64,000 nt of DNA from Bdellovibrionota bacterium (GTDB lineage: Bacteria > Bdellovibrionota > UBA1018 > CAIPTA01 > JAALKR01), in assembly GCA_965207455.1 (NCBI GenBank), contig CBDBMJ010000001.1, positions 1,792,001 through 1,856,000 on the forward strand, read 5' to 3'. Position 1 is the stretch's first letter, and each line of letters opens with the position of its first letter. The translations under genes and the position numbers were made by a program. Positions 10,766 through 21,952 of the stretch are shown in pieces. Below the pieces are notes generated by a model that was not told the origin of the DNA, searched no databases, and worked only from the letters and a program-made list of their open reading frames with translations.

Positions 10766-11806
10766 ATGCAGAAAAAAACACCAGAATTACTAAAAAAATA
10801 TATTGATTATTTTATCGCATATAGTAAAAAAACAGCTCTTGAGCTATGCTTTGAATCTACCAGTAAGCAGTGCTCTGGAAAAATAATACGATCTCACTCT
10901 ATTCAAAACTCTTTTATCCTAGACCAATTAGAGGTTAATAATCACTTATCTATCATTGAGTACAACGGAGGTAATGAAGTTGCTTTTAAACCGATTAGTC
11001 GAAACGAAGCATCAACTTTCACTGGATTTTGTAACTACCACGATAATCAACTATTTCAATTGATTGACTTCCAGGAAAAAAATATTATAAGCACTATGAG
11101 TCAAAAACAAATAGTTCTATTTCATTACCGAACAGTATGCCTGGAGTACTGGTCGAAGCTTAATATGAAAAAGGCATTATTTTTTTTAAAAAACACAATT
11201 TCCAGAAAAAACAAGAGGTCTTTAGTGAAAATCTTCCCTTTCTTAGCCAGCGAAAAATCCATAGACTGGGAATTTCCAAATATTAATGAATTAGAATCTC
11301 ATTTAACCGCCCTATCCGCTGGCATTAAAGACGTCAAACCTTATTATGACTCAACCAAGGACCAAATTAAAAAAAATAAAATTCGCACAATAAAAGGTGC
11401 GCATTTCAAAATAGATTCGCCGGCAAAATTTGCGATCAGCTCCTTTACGACCCCTACCTGTGACTTTAAGGGAAATATGATTAATGACCTCAGCGAGGAA
11501 GTAGTTCATTATATTGGATTAAATATATTCCCCTACAAAAATGAAACTCATGTAATTCTAACTTGGCACGAGGGCTCAAACTATACGGAGTTGAAAAATC
11601 AAATTCTTAACTTGACAGGAAACGATCAAAAAATTCAGCTATCTAAATTTATTTTAGCCAATTGTGAAAATATTGTTTTCTCACCTAAGCTAACAGATAC
11701 TTTCGATCAAACGCAGAAAGAAAGAATTAAAAAAATTTTTGTTGAAACAACACCAGATAATGCTTCTTTCAAGTTAGATGATTTTGAAGATGTAAATTTA
11801 TTTTAA
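10766..11806 (+). CDS. Hypothetical protein with possible His-Me/zinc-binding N-terminus
   Basis: C..C..IRSHSIQ...ASTFTGFCNYHD pattern; 346 aa with RBS. Confidence 0.6.
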   Translation: MQKKTPELLKKYIDYFIAYSKKTALELCFESTSKQCSGKIIRSHSIQNSFILDQLEVNNHLSIIEYNGGNEVAFKPISRNEASTFTGFCNYHDNQLFQLIDFQEKNIISTMSQKQIVLFHYRTVCLEYWSKLNMKKALFFLKNTISRKNKRSLVKIFPFLASEKSIDWEFPNINELESHLTALSAGIKDVKPYYDSTKDQIKKNKIRTIKGAHFKIDSPAKFAISSFTTPTCDFKGNMINDLSEEVVHYIGLNIFPYKNETHVILTWHEGSNYTELKNQILNLTGNDQKIQLSKFILANCENIVFSPKLTDTFDQTQKERIKKIFVETTPDNASFKLDDFEDVNLF

Positions 11807-14800
11807 AGTGCGACCACATAATTCGCTTTGCAATCATCGTGTTCTAGATCATACTAAGACATTGCCGGACAATACAACGATCACTAAGGGCAACCTTCGA
11901 GTGATACAACTCTCATTCAACAAACAACTCTCTTTATAAATTAAAAATCTTTCAATTATTTGGGGGTGGTTCAGAAAAATCAATTTTCGATCTGAAAATT
12001 TTATATTTCTCGGCATCAAATGTCATCCCTTGGCTTATTTTTAATTTTCCAAGCCATTCCTCCTTATAATAATCACCGCCAATATGATTTTTTTCAGAAA
12101 TAAGAGTCCAAAATATTCCTAAATTATTTTCCCTCAAATAAATTTGCAGGTGTCTTTTTGACATTAACAGTCCAGTAGGATTCTCTAGTAAATCAATGGC
12201 AACTAGAGCGCGCCCTGAATCTATATAAAATCCATCTGTTTTATCAAAATCCAGCTTCATTCCTTTCATTAAACTATGGCTTGGCATGCTGATTAAAGTA
12301 CTCTCTTCAATTGAGCAGTCATAAGTTCTTAATTCATATGAGTAAGAGTCATGAGTCATTTGATAAGGAAAGGGAATTTCATCTGAACATAAAAATTTCC
12401 TCTTAGAAGAAAGACATTCATCCCAATCAGGCTCACGAAAATGTGAAGAGCCTCCCTTTGTTCTTTCTGGCATCCATCCTCCAATAAAATTGCTAGTTTT
12501 CAAGAAATTATTTACTTTTTTCTCATGCTTTTTTTTATATAAATACGAACTGATTGAATAAAACTGTTTCTTTCGACTTTTTGAATATCTGTCTTCTTCC
12601 GGTGATATATCTTCTAAAAAGTCATAAACCCCATGCATTAATAGCCATTCTTCATTAGAAAATTGTACCTCTACTAATTCATCTATAGAGTACTTGTCTC
12701 TTCTATTCTTCAACCAAGTCATGTCATCAATTTCAGCCTTAATGTTTGATTTTTTAAATTCAATCTCTTTAACTTTTTTTGGTCCGGGACGCTCGGATTT
12801 TTTTTTCATTAACACCGTAGGATCAATTTGATCAATATATTTGAATTGGCTCAAATCAAGAATTTTAGGTGAGACATCGGAAGCATATGTTTGCCTATAT
12901 TTATACTTGTCATTGATTATTGCTAATATTTCAAAATATGCTATCCATTGATACTTCTTTCCCACTCTCTCTACTTTATGGCTATCCCTACCTTGATTCT
13001 CACGATTAAGCGCCGCATCTGTTCTGCCAAACAAGTCAATCTTATACCCAATATCTAAAACACGCCACATAATATATCTTTGTAAAAGTTCTGTTTTAAT
13101 TCTTCCTTCTTCTTTATATTTTTTTTTATTGCGCAAATATGGCTCAATTGTTTTTTCAAATTCTTCTCTTCTTAATCTAGGTAATTCTTCTATAAATTCA
13201 TTTTTTAACTTTTCATATTCTTTTATTGAATCAACATCAGAAAAGAGTTCATGAACCTCATAGACTTCTGCAAAGTCTCTAATTTCTTCATAGGTTTTTT
13301 TATTTTCTATTGATAGACTGGCGTAGAAATCTTTTTCAATATTCTTTGTAAGTGTTTTTTCTCCATCATCCCAGTCAATATATCCAGCATCTGTACCTAT
13401 TACATATCTAGCAAAGTCCCCCGAAGATAAAACGGAAGATTTTATAGCTATGAGTCCCCATTTTTTGTTAAACGGATCATTTCTAGGGTAGTCTTTTATA
13501 CTCTCTTTTAAAGATTCTATTGACGGCAGCCCCTCAGGAATCTCAAATCCAAATGGCGCTTTAGTTTTACTCCAGTCTATAAAATCCAGAGAACAACCCT
13601 TCATTGCTGCTAATTTAAGAATTCTCTCAGAATAATACAGAGTTAGAATATTTAAAGGCTTCTTTTTAAGAAAAATATTTTTATAAACAGATTCACAAAT
13701 TTTTATCATCTTATTTTTCTTTGCTTCACCTATTTCATCATTTATGATTATTGCGCCATATATTGATGTTACAATTCTCTCAAGAATATAGGGGTCATCT
13801 ACATCAATAAAATTATCTATTAATCTCGTTGAACAAAGGAGTGACTCCGAGATAACTTTTACAAGCGATTTAGTCGCCTTATCTCTTAAATGCCTGTTTG
13901 AGGCTGTAAAAAACCAACTCAAACAAATTGTCAAAAGCTCAACTGACTCTGAATTTATTGATGAGATATCTATATCATCTCGCCCCCATTTGACAACCAT
14001 ATTAACCACTGTCTCTTCTTCCTGAAATTCCTCATTAATGTACTCTGTCCATAAATAGTCTCTATCTATAATTTTTTTAGATTTTAGAATTTTATTTAGA
14101 AACATGGCATTTAAAGGATGCCATGGCGTTGTTGAAAGTGAAATCAGTGTGTTAAATATTTCTTTTCTATAAAAATTAAAATTGCGCTTGAGCATCTCAT
14201 TAAAATTATTAATCACAGTTCCAGTATCTTTAATCGTTGATGGATCTCTCCAAATAAGACTATTCAAGTAACTGGAAAAATGACATTGCCTTTTTGGATT
14301 GTCAAAGAAATCTATCAAATCTTTCCCTCTGGTTCTCTCTGGAATTTGTGCTGAAATTGCACATATTAAGCCTTTATATAAAATAATCTCTCGAAAGATA
14401 TTTTTTAACTCCTCAGACTCAACATCTAAATTATAATTTTCATTTTTCTCATGCAAGTATTTTTTAAGAATATATCTAGCAATTAAGTGGTCTGAAAATT
14501 TCTGATAAGGGAATCTGATTACTCCAAGATTATCTTCAGAATAATTATCTTTTATTAAGAGTCCCTCGTGAATCATTGCCTCCAATAGCACTGGTTTAAA
14601 TTTAACTTCTTCCGCCACTCTATTATTCAGGTCTTTGAGCATTCTATTCTCTAGTTCTTTAGCTTTGCTAACGGCCAAAAAATCTGTCGCATTTTGAGCC
14701 ATTTCTTCAGCAATATACTTGGCAAAATTCCATGACAACTTCAGTGTTCCACCGTATTCTACTTTTTTTCTAATTTTCAATCTATCAACTTGATGAAAAA

Positions 14801-15779
14801 AATTTTCCATAATATATTTCATCCCCTTGTGGCCACGATATGGACCTTGTTTTTTTTCCTTATTTAATGTTTTGCAATAAACTCTAAGGAACAAAGGATT
14901 GGCAAATTCTGTTGCCAGAGGAATCTCGCTATATTTTATTTTATAATGACTGAAATATTCTCTAACAGCAGACACAAGATTATTTTTAAATCCATGATGA
15001 GTCAATTTTATTATTTTATTTTCAACTCTTCTCAGGTCGAATAATGACTCATACGTTGAGCGACAACTCAGGCATACAGCAATCTTTTCGGATTTTGAAA
15101 TCTCATTAACAAAAGAAAAAAGCTCATCTATCCATATCGAAACATCAGGGCTTTCATTTATTGCATCGACTATCAACAACACCCTTTCCCCGGACTTTCT
15201 ACTCAGTCGTTCTATATAATTAAAAAAACTTTTTCTAGGATCCTGAGAGTGCAAATTTAAATTTTTACAAATATTTTTCCATATATTAGTAGATGAACTG
15301 AAATTTGTTCCAAATAATATAATTGCTGGCTTTTTTTCTTGCATTCTATTACTTGCAACATCACAAAGCAGATGCGTCTTCCCCTGGCCTGCCTCACCAT
15401 TAAGCCACAAAACATTTCTATTAAATAACAGGCTTTGATCATTTGATACATATTCTTTAGCCTCAAAAAATACATCAAGGTATTTGTTATAACAATGACG
15501 AAGATAACTCTTACTTTCATTTTCTTCTGACTCTGTAATATTCTGATGTATTTCCAATAAAATACTTTCATAATCTCTGAATAGATCTGAAATTTTCTCT
15601 ACAGGAAATTCATCTTTTTTCCCAATATTAAGCAGGATGAGAACTGTTGAATTATGTGAATTTTTCAGAGCGTTTAATCTACTCTGACTGATGTTATATT
15701 CTTCGTAACTTAGTCTTTTGACCGCCCTATCTTTTCCCAATTATTTCTGAAACCATCTCCTTATTATTAAGGAGGTAGT

Positions 15780-16127
15780 ATGGAAGAAGGAATTCAAGAA
15801 TTAGAGGTCAAGATTAGTTCTCATTTGATACGTTCAAAAAATAGCAAGGGTGTCCATTGGCCCAAAGAACTAAAGGAGGAACTCCTTGTTCTATTTAAAG
15901 AAAGCGGCCTCAGCATTCAAAACTTTTCTAGAAAGATGAAACTACCCAGGCCAACCTTGGGCTCGTGGATATGTGCTTTAGAAAAGAAAGAGAAACCTCA
16001 TTTTAAAAAAGTAAAAATTGGCTCTGAAGATAGAGGGTTTTATACCCTAAGGAGTTCCAAGGGCTATGAAGTGGATGAGTTAAGCTTTGAGGACTTATCT
16101 CGATTGCTAGATAGGGGGCTTATATGA
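15780..16127 (+). CDS. tnpA: IS66 accessory protein TnpA (HTH)
   Basis: SGLSIQNFSR..TLGSW HTH; first ORF in the IS. Confidence 0.85.
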   Translation: MEEGIQELEVKISSHLIRSKNSKGVHWPKELKEELLVLFKESGLSIQNFSRKMKLPRPTLGSWICALEKKEKPHFKKVKIGSEDRGFYTLRSSKGYEVDELSFEDLSRLLDRGLI

Positions 16128-16468
16128 CTTTTTGGAATACTAAAGCTGAAATTTTTATTTATTCAAAAGAGATTGACATGAGGTGGGGCTTTGAGAGACT
16201 GTCCTATATTATTCGGGAGAAAATGGGCAAAGATATAAACTATGGGGATTTATTTTTATTTCTTGGTTTTAATAGGAAAAGACTAAAAGCGCTTACTTTT
16301 GACGGCAGTGGTCTGATTTTAATGTCTAAGAGATTAGAGAAAAAAAATTTTATGCTGGTATCTGATTTAATTTCCCACAAAATAACAAAGCAGGAATTGA
16401 AGTTTTTAGTACATGGATCTGTTCTAAGAAAGTATTTTCCAGATAAGAAAATTCTTAGAAAGAAATAA
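16124..16468 (+). CDS. tnpB: IS66 accessory protein TnpB
   Basis: IDMRWGFERL, LFLF..RKRLK..FDGSG..KRLE. Confidence 0.92.
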   Translation: MTFWNTKAEIFIYSKEIDMRWGFERLSYIIREKMGKDINYGDLFLFLGFNRKRLKALTFDGSGLILMSKRLEKKNFMLVSDLISHKITKQELKFLVHGSVLRKYFPDKKILRKK

Positions 16469-16524
16469 AATTATTTTCATTTTATCCTTTATAAAAAGTA
16501 AAAATTATTTTATCATATACATGT

Positions 16525-18087
16525 ATGGAGAATCTTCCTAGGATAGTTGAAAATGAAACAAACCCCGAACTCTTGAAGGGATATTTTAAAATTTCTTGGA
16601 ACGCTAGTTTATCGCTAGATAAAGAAAATAAAAGATTGCGGTCCGAGAACGCTGCTTTAATGAAAAAGAAAGTAGAAGAAGATCAGCAAAATCTTAAATT
16701 AGATAAAGACCTTGCGAACTTCAAAGAAACTTATGACAAATTGAATAGAATTTTTTTTGGAAAAAGTAGTGAAAAGCGTCCTTCTTCTAGGCAGAGAGAT
16801 ATGGAGAGGCAGCTCTCGCTTCAATCCGAAAGCCTAGCCCCTTCTCCTAAGTCAGAAGAAATGGATAGATTGGAAGAAGTTCAGGTTGATCACATGCTAA
16901 CAAAGGAAGAACTTGCTAAAATAGCAGAAGAATATGGCTACCCTAAAGATACGAAGTGGGAGTTTCTAAAAATTTTTGATGAATCAAACGAAGTGGGGAT
17001 AAGAGTTAAAAGTTTTATAAGAAAAAAGCACCGTCTTTCTAAATATCGTCTTATAGCTAGCAAGGGTACTGAAAAAGAAATTATCGTTACAGCATCTGGT
17101 CCTAAAAGAATAGTCCCTGGTTCTAAATACTCTCCTGATTTTGCTGTAGACGTTGTAGCGCAAAAATATCTCTATCATCTTCCCTTAGAAAGAATTAGGC
17201 GTATGATCGCCTCAAAAGGTTTGAGTATAGGTGTAAAGACTCTTTATTCCCTTTCCTTTTTTGTAAAAAGCCACCTAGAAGATGTGGCGCAGAGAATTCG
17301 ACAAGAGATTGGAGAATGCGGACTCATACTGCACATGGATGAGACTCCTTGGCCAATCAATAACTCTAAAGAGAAAAATGGGTATATGTGGACTGTGAGT
17401 AATCAAGGAGGAAGTTATTATAAGTTTGCTTCAACGAGGTCGGGGGCTATTGCCAAAGAGCTCTTAGGCTCCTATCGGGGGCCTGTGCTAACAGATGCGT
17501 ACCCAGGCTATAACGCCCATTTTAAATATATAAAAGGCGTAACACTTGCGCACTGTTGGGCCCATGCAAGAAGGAAGTTTACCGATATAGAGAAAAACTA
17601 CCCCGAGGAATGCGGTCAAGTCTTAGATTTACTTTCTGAACTTTTTGTTGTGGAGACAAAAGCGCAACACTACACCCATCTGTTAGAGCTAAGGCAGAGC
17701 AAATCAAAGAAAATAATAAACCAGCTTAGAGACTTGTTGTATGAACTAGCCCCTAAAACACGAGCAGAGAGCGAGTTACAAAAAGCCATTAACTATGTCC
17801 TTAAACATTGGAGTAATCTTGTGCTATTTCTAAATGATCCCAAAATTCCTCTAACAAATAATGAGGCAGAGAGAGCCATGCGCCACTGTGTTATGGGAAG
17901 AAAAAACTTTTACGGATCCAAAACAGCAAAAGGAGCAGAAACAGCGGCCATACTCTACACTGTCATAGAGAGCTGTAAAAAAGTGGAGCTTGACCCTAGA
18001 AACTATATCTCAATGGCCATTAAAAAAGTTCTCAATGGTGAAACTCCTCTAACACCTCTGCAATACGCCAAACATATCCGCTCTTAG
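16525..18087 (+). CDS. tnpC: IS66 DDE transposase TnpC
   Basis: FGKSSEK, HMDETP, TDAY, HCWAHARRKF, NNEAERAMR. Confidence 0.97.
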   Translation: MENLPRIVENETNPELLKGYFKISWNASLSLDKENKRLRSENAALMKKKVEEDQQNLKLDKDLANFKETYDKLNRIFFGKSSEKRPSSRQRDMERQLSLQSESLAPSPKSEEMDRLEEVQVDHMLTKEELAKIAEEYGYPKDTKWEFLKIFDESNEVGIRVKSFIRKKHRLSKYRLIASKGTEKEIIVTASGPKRIVPGSKYSPDFAVDVVAQKYLYHLPLERIRRMIASKGLSIGVKTLYSLSFFVKSHLEDVAQRIRQEIGECGLILHMDETPWPINNSKEKNGYMWTVSNQGGSYYKFASTRSGAIAKELLGSYRGPVLTDAYPGYNAHFKYIKGVTLAHCWAHARRKFTDIEKNYPEECGQVLDLLSELFVVETKAQHYTHLLELRQSKSKKIINQLRDLLYELAPKTRAESELQKAINYVLKHWSNLVLFLNDPKIPLTNNEAERAMRHCVMGRKNFYGSKTAKGAETAAILYTVIESCKKVELDPRNYISMAIKKVLNGETPLTPLQYAKHIRS

Positions 18088-19002
18088 AGTACAAGGGCGG
18101 TCAAAAGACTAAGTTACTATTCTTCAGATGAAATTGTTTCATATACATCATCAAATTTATGTTGAAGCTTACCAGTACGTTTTAAAATTTCATCTTTATA
18201 CTTCTTGCTTCTCAGTAATGGCTCAAAATAGAATGAATATTCCGTTTCTATATTGACCTCTTGGTTGTACCTTGGACCGACAGAATCAATTCTTTTTTTA
18301 TTAAGCTTATATAATTCATTCAAATCACTCATTCAATCTCCAAATTAATCATATTGCTAGTGTCCATGACTCTCAAACACTTTCCCCGATATCTTCAAAA
18401 ATCTACCCTCTAACTACTTGACCCTAATCTTAGCCCAAAAATAGCTCTTTAGTCTTTTTCCAATTAGCCTACGGGTTGCTGTTGAGGCACCATGTTCGGC
18501 GCACTATTTGTTGTGTGGCTTTCATTTAGTTGAAAGAGTAAGACATCGACAACACACCAACCCCGACCAATCCCTACCCCCCCTTCACCCACATCAGGTT
18601 TATAAAGCCCGGCTGGGGGGGGGCACTGGCACTGTGATGAGAGCTACCGGCCCTCTAATGGGATTACCGGGCATTGATGGGAGCCACTGGCATTCTGATG
18701 AGGTCTACTAACGCAGGGGCATTGAAGTTTCTTGTTTAAGGGTTATTTAAGGGATTTGTAGTACAGGGTGTTTATACAGCAGCTCCGGTAGCAGCGACCT
18801 TGACCACCACACACTAATCCCAACCCGGTACCAGCATTAGCAATCCCGGCACCACCAGCACCAATCCCGGCGGCAACAACACCATCAGCAGCCCCGGCCC
18901 GGCCCGCCCCTCAACCCATTCCGGCCCCTAGAAGCCCGCAGTATTTCTTTGATCCATCACCGCCACAAGTCATGTTTATTTATTTCCTATTTGGATCCTA
19001 GG

Positions 19003-19533
19003 GGTCATTCCTCATACTTAGGAGTTGTAGTTCCATTTGATGGTATTTGGATATTAGGTTTCGTTTCATAGTAGTTGGAGTTCAATTTCAGGGTTTGAGG
19101 AGTTAGTATTGTTATTTTGGGTTTTGGGCGGTGTTATGTTTCCGCTACAAGTCAAGTTCAATCATTCGTTTTATGGGTATTGAGGGAGTTTAAATTTACG
19201 GAGGGCATCACTTTCTCGCTCCCACCTTTCACAAAGACAAAGTTACTTCTTCTCACTGATATGCCTAAGGGTGTGTGTTTGTTCTTTAGGGAGGTGTGGT
19301 TGTGTTTCTTTTATCAGGCTCTGTGGTTTCATTCTTGTTTGGATCCTGGGAATCATTCCGACACTCCCCAAGACCACACCCCCGCTTCTTTCCTGATTAG
19401 GAGTTAAGCGTTTAGCGTGTGTGGTTTGTTTTGGTCCCTTCGACGACTGTTTTATTGACTCCTCTCTGAGAATCATTTCGACATATCTCAAGGAACACAC
19501 TGACGATTCATAACCTTACTTATTGGATTCCCG
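19003..19533. repeat. Long non-coding direct repeat, copy 2 (partner 4090-4695)
   Basis: Near-identical to copy 1. Confidence 0.95.
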
Positions 19534-19635
19534 CACTAAAGATTACAGAAAATAATTATATCTTTCACAAAAAGACATTAAGAAATTTATAAATGAAAAA
19601 ATCAGTTCGACTCGCCGTCGCACATGAGGCACATA

Positions 19636-21240
19636 TCACTTCTGTTGAGATTTGCTCAACTCTTCAATTAAAGAATCGATCATGGCTAGAAAAAATTCTT
19701 TATTTTCCTTTTTTTCACTTGAACTTTTCTTATCAATTATTACATCTCCAATTTTTGATTTCACATTCTCTAAATCTATTTTTATGTTTTTCTTTCTTTC
19801 TTCTAAAGATATTTTCAGCTTCTTGTAGTAATCAGAAGTAAAAAACCTCATCTTTGAATCGCGACAAATAAAATAAGCTAGAATCATTTGAATGGTTTTT
19901 TGTCTTTCAGATTCATCCCGTTTTTGATCCGCCTCATCACGTCGACTGTGTATTTTTTTCTCGCTTTCTAAATTAGACACGAAAACTGGGCTGACGAAAT
20001 AACTAGACACATGAAAGTTCTCTTTACTTTCCATTGCCTCAGCTACAGTGGCTGAAAATTTAAGATGTAAAAATGCGATAAATGTGCGTGAATGTACATC
20101 TGGAAAAATTCCTTCGATTATATTCGAGAGATTCACATTAAACTTGTCTTTATTTTCAAGATCAGCTCTTTGAGTTTTATAATATTCTTCAAAATAATTC
20201 AAAATAAAACAAGAAGAAAAATTATCTTTATTCCCTATCTCTACTGTCCACGTTGGAGGAAAATAATATTTCCAAAATTCATACTCCATTCGATGGTCGG
20301 CCGACAAGATGGGGAACAGAACATCAAAAAAATTTTTCATGTAAATAAAGTACTCTCTTCTCTCTTTTTCATCTTCAGGTAATTTTGATTTTCCTTCACT
20401 TTCAAGCGATATTAATTTTTTTTCAACTTCACCAATGTGCCCCTCAAGCCGTGAGAATAAATATTCTATCTTGTCGTTCCTTGAAACAAGCTTCGTGATT
20501 GAAGATTTAAAAAGTTCTCTGCCAAAAAGGGCCCAACAATTTAAATTTCCGTATTTTCTTTGCCCCTCAAGGCTCTCTTTATTCCAGTTAAGCGATTCTA
20601 ACAATATCTTATGAATTGAATCAGTGCTTCGATTTTTAATATTTTTAGAGTAACCTTTTAATAAGGCGCTTAATCCAGTTGAAATTTTAGCATTTATAGA
20701 AAATTTAATTTTAGATATGAAGAGTTTTGTTATCTCTAATTCGTTGGGGATTATTTCTTTGTGCCAAAAAGAAATCCATGCCTCTGTCGCTTGCCTGTGT
20801 TCTTTAGATTTTATTTTTGAAAAATCTGATGAATCTAAAAATAAAAATTCAAGTTCACCACGTTCCCCTATGGAAAATTTTATTACCTCTTTTAGCATCT
20901 TACAAAACACAATAATCAAATATAAGGCTGCAAAAATAAGCAAAATCTTCAAGCAAACATTAACATCCGTTCCAGAAAAAAATGCAAAAAGGAATATAGA
21001 GGGGATCGATAGTGAAAAAAGATAGCTTACTTGTAAGATGTTTTTATTAAAAATAATTTTATCAAAATCATCATCTTTGTCTGAAATATTTGCATAAGAT
21101 TTTATTAAAAAAGGCATAAAAATTGCAAGAATACCTAAAATAATGGTTTGGAAAAGCGAGGGATCAAGATATTCTAAAAATGAATCTACCTTTTTAAAAA
21201 TTCCATCTGGCTTTAGGCAGATGCATTCACGCCCTGTCAT
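19636..21240 (-). CDS. Hypothetical protein with ~3 N-terminal TM helices
   Basis: 534-aa ORF; hydrophobic N-terminal segments, then a soluble region. Confidence 0.75.
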   Translation of the reverse strand: MTGRECICLKPDGIFKKVDSFLEYLDPSLFQTIILGILAIFMPFLIKSYANISDKDDDFDKIIFNKNILQVSYLFSLSIPSIFLFAFFSGTDVNVCLKILLIFAALYLIIVFCKMLKEVIKFSIGERGELEFLFLDSSDFSKIKSKEHRQATEAWISFWHKEIIPNELEITKLFISKIKFSINAKISTGLSALLKGYSKNIKNRSTDSIHKILLESLNWNKESLEGQRKYGNLNCWALFGRELFKSSITKLVSRNDKIEYLFSRLEGHIGEVEKKLISLESEGKSKLPEDEKERREYFIYMKNFFDVLFPILSADHRMEYEFWKYYFPPTWTVEIGNKDNFSSCFILNYFEEYYKTQRADLENKDKFNVNLSNIIEGIFPDVHSRTFIAFLHLKFSATVAEAMESKENFHVSSYFVSPVFVSNLESEKKIHSRRDEADQKRDESERQKTIQMILAYFICRDSKMRFFTSDYYKKLKISLEERKKNIKIDLENVKSKIGDVIIDKKSSSEKKENKEFFLAMIDSLIEELSKSQQK

Positions 21241-21666
21241 TTAACCTTCAATTCTGACTCATGGCTTGATTTCCAAATTATAGCTCATTCGATTATTTCT
21301 TTATAAATAGATTTAATTCATTTTAAATCAACAACACTTCATCTATTTACTTTATAAACTAAAATAATTTATTTTTCACTATAATTCTATTAAGAAAATA
21401 GATTTTTCAGCAATACACTAAACTGTGTATAATGATCTTTCTCGAAAAAGACTTCTTTAACTTAGGATCATACTACCAAAACTGCCTCTATGAAACTAAG
21501 ATAAAATCACTGCAACCTACTCTTTTCACTGCCATTGCACTCTAAGAGTAGATATGCTTGGCGTATTGCCGGGGTGTTAGAGGAATTTAGTGGTATTTAT
21601 AATATTTAAATTTATCGTTTGATCTTTCTGATGTACCTCAAGAGCACACCCTCGATTCTTTCCGGC

Positions 21667-21891
21667 TTAGTAGTCAAATTTATAAACGCACCAGTTATTG
21701 TTTTCGTTTCTCTCGCTACCAGCACCAGGGAAACACTCATACTGTTGAGCAAGAACATTCTCTGCTGCTTGAGCAACAACTTTTGATTTATAATAGCCTA
21801 AGATGACCCAATTTTTAAGGTTTGGGTACTGTTTTTCCCAGTATTCTTTGCGACCTTTCGGATCAGTTGTCATGCCTACTCTACAAGCCAT
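21667..21891 (-). CDS. Small GIY-YIG-like protein
   Basis: CRVGMTTDPKGRK (xIG-T-D--R pattern), AQAAE conserved Glu, WCVYKF; AAGGAA upstream. Confidence 0.6.
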   Translation of the reverse strand: MACRVGMTTDPKGRKEYWEKQYPNLKNWVILGYYKSKVVAQAAENVLAQQYECFPGAGSERNENNNWCVYKFDY

Positions 21892-21952
21892 ATTTAATCA
21901 TTTCCTTTCGACTCAAGTGATACAATATAACTGAACTTTCACGCAGACAAAA

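Larger units (their letters stand above)
15705..18117 (+). mobile_element. IS66 family insertion sequence, 2413 bp
   Basis: Perfect 24-bp inverted repeats GTAACTTAGTCTTTTGACCGCCCT; 8-bp TSD TATTCTTC at 15697-15704 and 18118-18125. Confidence 0.97.
11952..18332 (-). pseudogene. avs2: Avs2-like STAND NTPase interrupted by IS66
   Basis: GEAGQGKTHLLC, LLIVDAINE, ERVGKKYQWIA; removing the IS and one TSD joins 18332-18118 in frame to 15696-11952 (SSEE-YNIS), 1319 aa. Confidence 0.8.

Noticed and set aside
18686..18732. Hammerhead ribozyme (CTGATGAG)
   Set aside because: No stem II followed by GAAA
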